NCBI GenBank assembly: GCA_021789895.1
Contig: JAJYIU010000010.1
Span: 1,246-33,245, forward strand
Length of the DNA: 32,000 bases
Source of the DNA: Acidobacteriota bacterium
GTDB lineage: Bacteria > Acidobacteriota > Terriglobia > Terriglobales > SCQP01
Direction of reading: 5' to 3'
Shown: one piece after another, positions 27,783-32,000 of the stretch
Position numbering within the stretch: position 1 is the stretch's first letter
How the letters are laid out: every line of letters starts with the position of its first letter
The notes under the pieces: model-generated
Seen by the model: only the letters and a program-made list of their open reading frames with translations
The model's database searches: none
Told to the model about the DNA's origin: nothing
Made by a program: the position numbers and the translations under genes

Positions 27783-29486
27783 ATGGCGAATGTGATTCCC
27801 AGTCCAAAAGAATATGACGTCATCATCGTGGGCTCCGGCGCCGGAGGCGGCATGGCGGCCTACATTTTGACGCGCGCCGGCGCGCGCTGCCTCATGCTGG
27901 AAGCCGGCGATTGGTTCGATACGGCAAAAGACTCGACGATGATGATGTGGCCGTGGCAGGCGCCGCACCGAGGCGCCAGCACGCCGGAACATCCCTTCGG
28001 TTATTTCGATGCCTGCGTCGGCGGCTGGCAGTTAAAGGGCGAGCCTTACAGCGTGACCCCGGGCCAGAAGTTCATGTGGTGGCGGGCGCGCATGCTGGGC
28101 GGGCGCACCAATCATTGGGGACGCATTTCTTTACGTTGGGGGCCCTATGACTTCAAGCCGTATACGCGCGACGGGTTGGGGTTCGACTGGCCCATTTCCT
28201 ATCAGGATCTTGCTCCCTACTACGACCGCACCGAAGAGTTGATCGGAGTCTTCGGCTCGCACGAAAACATGGAAAATGCGCCGGATGGGAAATTCCTGCC
28301 GCCGCCGAAACCGAGGGCGCATGAGTTGATCATCCAGCGCGCGGCGCGGAAGCTGAATATCCCCTGCATCCCTTCGCGGCTCTCGATCCTGACCCGTCCG
28401 CTGAACGGACGCATCGCGTGCGGATATTGTGGACAGTGCGGGCGTAGCTGCGCTACCGGCTCGAATTTTTCCTCGCCCACCGTGCTGCTGCCTCCGGCGC
28501 AAGCAACGCAATTGCTGGAGATCCGGACCGGAGCCATGGCGCGTGAAGTGCTGATCGGGCGCAATGGCCGGGCACGCGGCATTTCTTATATCGACAAAAA
28601 GACCCGGAGCGAGGTGCAGGTACACTCCAAGGTGGTCGTGCTGGCGGCCAGCGCCTGTGAAACTGCGCGCCTGTTGTTGAATTCGCGCAGCCCGCAGCAC
28701 CCCGATGGTTTGGCCAACCGCCATGGATTGGTTGGCAAGTATCTGATGGACACCGTCGGCTCGGACGTCGGCGGTTATCTGCCGCAACTGACCGGCTTGC
28801 CGCCCTTTAACGAAGATGGCGTCGGCGGCATGCATGTGTACATGCCGTGGTGGAATTATGAAAAACAATTGCGCCACCAGATGAACTTTCCGCGCGGCTA
28901 TCACATTGAAGTGGGCGGCGGGCGCGGCATGCCCGGCCCCGATTCGTTCGGCGGCAGCGAGCGGTACTTGGGCGGAGGCTATGGACTGCAGCTCAAACGC
29001 GGCGTGAGGAAATGGTTTGGCGCATTCATCGGGTTTTCCGGTCGCGGCGAGATGATCCCCAACGAAAACAGCTATTGCGAGATCGACCGCACGACGGTGG
29101 ATGAATGGGGGATCCCCGTGCTGCGCTTCCATTGGCAATGGAGCGAGCATGAGATTCAGCAGGCGCGGCACATGCAGCAGACCTTCCAGGAGCTGATTGA
29201 AACCGCCGGGGGGAAAGTCACCTACTCGTCCCGCGGGCCGGATTGGGGCATCTCGCGCGGCGGGGAAATCATACACGAGGTGGGAACGGTGCGCTGCGGC
29301 CTCGATCCCCGCACCGCCCCCCTGAATGCTTGGTGCCAGGCCTGGGATTGCAAAAACCTGTTCGTCACCGACGGGGCGCCACTGGTAAGCAACGCCGACA
29401 AAAATCCAACCTTGACCATCATGGCGCTGGCATGGCGGACCGCCGAGCGCCTGGCCAGCGAAATGCGCAAAGGTAACCTCGCCTGA
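27783..29486 (+). CDS. GMC-family FAD-dependent oxidoreductase (gluconate 2-dehydrogenase flavoprotein-subunit-like)
   Basis: N-terminal Rossmann YDVIIVGSGAGGGMAAYILTRAGARCLMLEAG and C-terminal GMC_oxred_C features (HEVGTVRCG...NLFVTDGAPLVSNADKNPTLTIMALAWR). No signal peptide. Confidence 0.85.
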   Translation: MANVIPSPKEYDVIIVGSGAGGGMAAYILTRAGARCLMLEAGDWFDTAKDSTMMMWPWQAPHRGASTPEHPFGYFDACVGGWQLKGEPYSVTPGQKFMWWRARMLGGRTNHWGRISLRWGPYDFKPYTRDGLGFDWPISYQDLAPYYDRTEELIGVFGSHENMENAPDGKFLPPPKPRAHELIIQRAARKLNIPCIPSRLSILTRPLNGRIACGYCGQCGRSCATGSNFSSPTVLLPPAQATQLLEIRTGAMAREVLIGRNGRARGISYIDKKTRSEVQVHSKVVVLAASACETARLLLNSRSPQHPDGLANRHGLVGKYLMDTVGSDVGGYLPQLTGLPPFNEDGVGGMHVYMPWWNYEKQLRHQMNFPRGYHIEVGGGRGMPGPDSFGGSERYLGGGYGLQLKRGVRKWFGAFIGFSGRGEMIPNENSYCEIDRTTVDEWGIPVLRFHWQWSEHEIQQARHMQQTFQELIETAGGKVTYSSRGPDWGISRGGEIIHEVGTVRCGLDPRTAPLNAWCQAWDCKNLFVTDGAPLVSNADKNPTLTIMALAWRTAERLASEMRKGNLA

Positions 29487-29506
29487 GACGGCGTAGGGAG
29501 GAAAAT

Positions 29507-30226
29507 ATGCCATCCAGGAAATCCCAACCTTCCGCCGAGCCGGGCGCCGGCCTGCGAAGGCGCGAGTTGCTGAAAATCATCGGGCTCGGACCGGCGGCTT
29601 CGATATTGCCTGCGGCAGCAGCGGCCGAAACTGCCGCCGCCCAGGCGCCCGCCTCCGCCTCCGCCACTGCCGCGCCTCAGCTCAAGTCGCTTAACCGGCA
29701 GGAATTCGACACTATTGCCCTGCTGAGCGATTGGATTTTGCCGGCAGATGAACGCAGTGGCAGCGCCAGCCAGGCCGGCGTACCGGCCTTTATTGACGAC
29801 TGGCTCGCATTTCAAGGCGACTGGCTGAGCGCCGAAATACGCGGCGGTCTGGCCTGGCTCGATCTGGAATGCAATCGTTTGTACAAGCATGACTTCAGCC
29901 GTTGTTCCACGGCCGAGCAAAAAAAAATGATCGACCGCATGGCTTGGCCGCATTCTGCTGCGCCGGAGGATTCCCACGCGGTGGCTTTTTTCAACCGGTT
30001 GCGCAATTTGGTGCTGGGGGGATTTTATTCCAGCCCGATGGGCGTCAAGGATCTTCCCTATCTTGGCAATCAGATGATACCAGAGTGGAATGGAGGCGCG
30101 CCGCCGGCGGTACTTGCCCGGCTGGGATTGACCGAGGAAGAGGAAGAAAACCAGCGCTGGCTGCGCCAGCGCCAGGCCGAAGGGCATTGGGTGCAACGCC
30201 CGCTGCCGCCAGCGCGGCGATCCTGA
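29507..30226 (+). CDS. Gluconate 2-dehydrogenase subunit 3-like small subunit with a twin-arginine signal
   Basis: TAT-like LRRRELLKIIGLGPAASILPAAAAA. It immediately follows the GMC flavoprotein gene (20-nt gap, SD GGGAGG). Size and position fit the small-subunit family. Confidence 0.75.
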   Translation: MPSRKSQPSAEPGAGLRRRELLKIIGLGPAASILPAAAAAETAAAQAPASASATAAPQLKSLNRQEFDTIALLSDWILPADERSGSASQAGVPAFIDDWLAFQGDWLSAEIRGGLAWLDLECNRLYKHDFSRCSTAEQKKMIDRMAWPHSAAPEDSHAVAFFNRLRNLVLGGFYSSPMGVKDLPYLGNQMIPEWNGGAPPAVLARLGLTEEEEENQRWLRQRQAEGHWVQRPLPPARRS

Positions 30227-30235
30227 TGGCCGGCC

Positions 30236-30496
30236 TCAGTATCCGCGGCTGCGCTGTAAATCGCGCGCTTCGACGCGGGTTTCCCCGGGATTCAGTACGC
30301 CGCGTTGATGCTCGACTCCCCATGCCGTCAGCGTATCGGCGACCAGCGCGGCCATGATGCCTTCGCCGCGCCCATGTATAATGCGCAAGCCCAGGTGTTT
30401 CCGACGGGCTTGCTCCAGAGCCTCGCGCAAAAGATAGCCCACCCGGCCGGCGTCGGGCGGTACGCCATGCAAATCGAGTTCGTCGAATGCGGCCAT
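30236..30496 (-). CDS. Smr (small MutS-related) domain protein
   Basis: ELDLHGVPPDAGRVGYLLREALEQARRKHLGLRIIHGRGEG fits the Smr-domain pattern (LDLHG...IHGKG). 86 aa. Confidence 0.75.
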   Translation of the reverse strand: MAAFDELDLHGVPPDAGRVGYLLREALEQARRKHLGLRIIHGRGEGIMAALVADTLTAWGVEHQRGVLNPGETRVEARDLQRSRGY

Positions 30497-30600
30497 AGGC
30501 GGACGGCAGGAAACATATCAGTCTAGACAATTCTTCCCGCATAGCGGGAGAAAATGCTTGGCCAGATCGTCAGGCAATGCTAAAAAGGAGAATTGCCGGG

Positions 30601-30918
30601 ATGCCGGCCGAGGAGAATCCTGATATGGAAGCCTTAGGCATGGTAGAAACGAAAGGTCTGGTCGGCTCGATTGAAGCCGCCGATGCAATGGTCAAAGCCG
30701 CAAACGTAATCCTGATCGGGCGCGAATATATCGGCGCCGGCTATGTCACCGTCATGGTACGCGGCGATGTCGGCGCGGTGAAGGCCGCCACCGATGCCGG
30801 CGCGGCGGCGGCGCGGCGCGTGGGTGAATTGGTCAGCGTGCACGTGATTCCGCGGCCGCATTCGGAAGTCGAGCGTATCCTGCCCAATAAAGGTGCTGCC
30901 CCGGCGGAAAAGAAGTAA
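30601..30918 (+). CDS. Bacterial microcompartment shell protein, BMC-H (PduA/EutM/CcmK-like, Pfam00936 type)
   Basis: [86 protein letters not shown] is near-canonical PduA-like sequence. Three possible starts: 30577, 30601 (AAGGAG 10 nt upstream) and 30625 (AGGAG 9 nt upstream, giving the canonical [11 protein letters not shown]). Confidence 0.93.
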   Translation: MPAEENPDMEALGMVETKGLVGSIEAADAMVKAANVILIGREYIGAGYVTVMVRGDVGAVKAATDAGAAAARRVGELVSVHVIPRPHSEVERILPNKGAAPAEKK

Positions 30919-31011
30919 TCCGTCGAGCTTTCCCGCGCGGAGTTGCGCGCCGGCCCAATGTGGACCGGCGGATGAAATTCGCGCTTTTTCACCTTACGTT
31001 TTACGTCCGGC

Positions 31012-32000
31012 ATGGATAAAGACCTCCAATCCATTCAAGAGGCCCGCGACTTGGCCGAACGCGCGCACCGCGCCTGCCTCGGCTTTCGCAGCTATTCCCA
31101 AGCCCAAGTTGACGCGATCGTGACCGCCATGGCCGCCGCGGCTGGCCAGCATGCGGAACGCTTGGCCCGGATGGCGGTGGAAGAAACCGGTTACGGACGG
31201 GCGGAAGACAAACTCCAGAAAAATCTGTTTGCTGCGCAGCGCGTGTTTTCCGCCATCCGCGATTTAAAAACGATTGGAATCGTCAACGAGAAAAAAGACG
31301 AGGGCATAATCGAAATTGCCACCTCGGTGGGGGTAGTGGCAGCCATTCTGCCTTCGACCAATCCCACCAGCACGGCGATTTACAAGATTCTGATCGCGAT
31401 CAAATCCGGCAATAGCATCGTAATCAGCCCGCATCCGTCGGCCATGCGGTGTATATGCGAAACGGTAGGCATCATGGCGCAGGCGGCCCGGGCCCAAGGC
31501 GCGCCTGAGGACCTGATCTGCTGCTTCGGGCAGCCTACCATGGCCGGCACCCAGGAATTGATGCGCCACCGGCGCACCAGTGTAATTCTTGCCACTGGCG
31601 GCATGGGTATCGTAAAGGCAGCCTATAGTTCCGGCAAGCCGGCGTTCGGAGTCGGTCCCGGCAATGTGCCCGCATTTATTGATCGCTCCGCCCGGTTGGA
31701 AAAAGCCGTTGCCGACGTGGTTGCCGGTAAAACCTTCGATTGGGGCACGATCTGCTCTTCCGAGCAGGCGCTGGTCGCTGAGCATGCATTGCGTGAACCG
31801 GTGTTGGCCGAGTTACGCAAACAGCGGGCGCAATTTTTAAGTCCGGAGGAAATTCAAAAGCTCGGCCGGGTGCTCATCCTGCCGGATTCATTTACCGTCA
31901 ACCCTCGCTGCGTGGGACAATCGCCGCAAAAGCTGGGCGAACTATCCGGCATCGCTGTGGCTCCGGATACTCGAGTTTTGATTGCCGAACTGCCGGGCAT
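31012..32000 (+). CDS. CoA-acylating aldehyde dehydrogenase (AdhE-N-terminal / EutE/PduP-like); 3' end truncated by the window
   Basis: Not in the ORF track because it runs off the window. I translated it by hand: [21 protein letters not shown]...QAQVDAIV...[35 protein letters not shown]...[31 protein letters not shown]...[17 protein letters not shown]. It is collinear with the E. coli AdhE aldehyde dehydrogenase domain, including the catalytic Cys context. Confidence 0.9.
   Translation, partial: MDKDLQSIQEARDLAERAHRACLGFRSYSQAQVDAIVTAMAAAAGQHAERLARMAVEETGYGRAEDKLQKNLFAAQRVFSAIRDLKTIGIVNEKKDEGIIEIATSVGVVAAILPSTNPTSTAIYKILIAIKSGNSIVISPHPSAMRCICETVGIMAQAARAQGAPEDLICCFGQPTMAGTQELMRHRRTSVILATGGMGIVKAAYSSGKPAFGVGPGNVPAFIDRSARLEKAVADVVAGKTFDWGTICSSEQALVAEHALREPVLAELRKQRAQFLSPEEIQKLGRVLILPDSFTVNPRCVGQSPQKLGELSGIAVAPDTRVLIAELPG

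Noticed and set aside
28131-29513. A 460-aa minus-strand ORF opposite the GMC oxidoreductase, and the 324-aa ORF at 29222-30196.
   Set aside because: They are antisense to genes with clear Rossmann/GMC and TAT-subunit signatures. No motifs are present and the composition is typical of shadow frames.
30972-31019. A 15-codon upstream ORF ([15 protein letters not shown]) whose stop TAA overlaps the aldehyde dehydrogenase start (ATGGATAA).
   Set aside because: It could couple translation of the SD-less ALDH gene. However, it has no SD itself, is very short, and I cannot assess its conservation. The evidence is insufficient.

Overview
This is a 32-kb high-GC bacterial chromosomal segment. The protein repertoire suggests Acidobacteriota: a 1262-aa CarboxypepD_reg-type TonB-dependent receptor, several secreted TPR proteins, and a GMC dehydrogenase with a TAT small subunit. 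That assignment is inference only. I can support 26 protein-coding genes (two cut by the window edges) and one tmRNA (ssrA, 1500-1849, minus strand). Most genes are core housekeeping: slt-like transglycosylase, lepB, rnc, rho, phoH-ybeY, rpsT, ligA and asnS. Also present are two leucine-catabolism genes (methylcrotonyl-CoA carboxylase beta, HMG-CoA lyase), ggt, an arginase and a two-subunit GMC dehydrogenase. I see no CRISPR array, transposase, integrase or recognisable defence genes. Many long ORFs in the track are antisense or off-frame shadows typical of GC-rich DNA. Five items are not ordinary. (1) A gene-free stretch (742-1499) abuts the 3' end of ssrA, with an AT-rich tract at about 780-1020. 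It contains two tandem ~121-bp structured modules (148-bp period) carrying eight same-strand AGGGKCATC boxes, hairpins at equivalent positions and T6 tracts. This is the best candidate for something undescribed (sRNA/terminator modules or an iteron-like protein-binding array). (2) A bacterial microcompartment locus starts at the right edge (PduA-like BMC-H shell gene plus CoA-acylating aldehyde dehydrogenase) and runs out of the window. (3) ybeY has no in-frame stop where the conserved domain ends and reads on over a better-looking 99-codon ORF. (4) A 19-bp-spacer, dyad-bearing promoter lies between a MerR-HTH/TPR regulator gene and ggt. (5) ligA and asnS share a possible leaderless-mRNA geometry. 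All of these are hypotheses from reading the sequence; no searches or folding computations were run.
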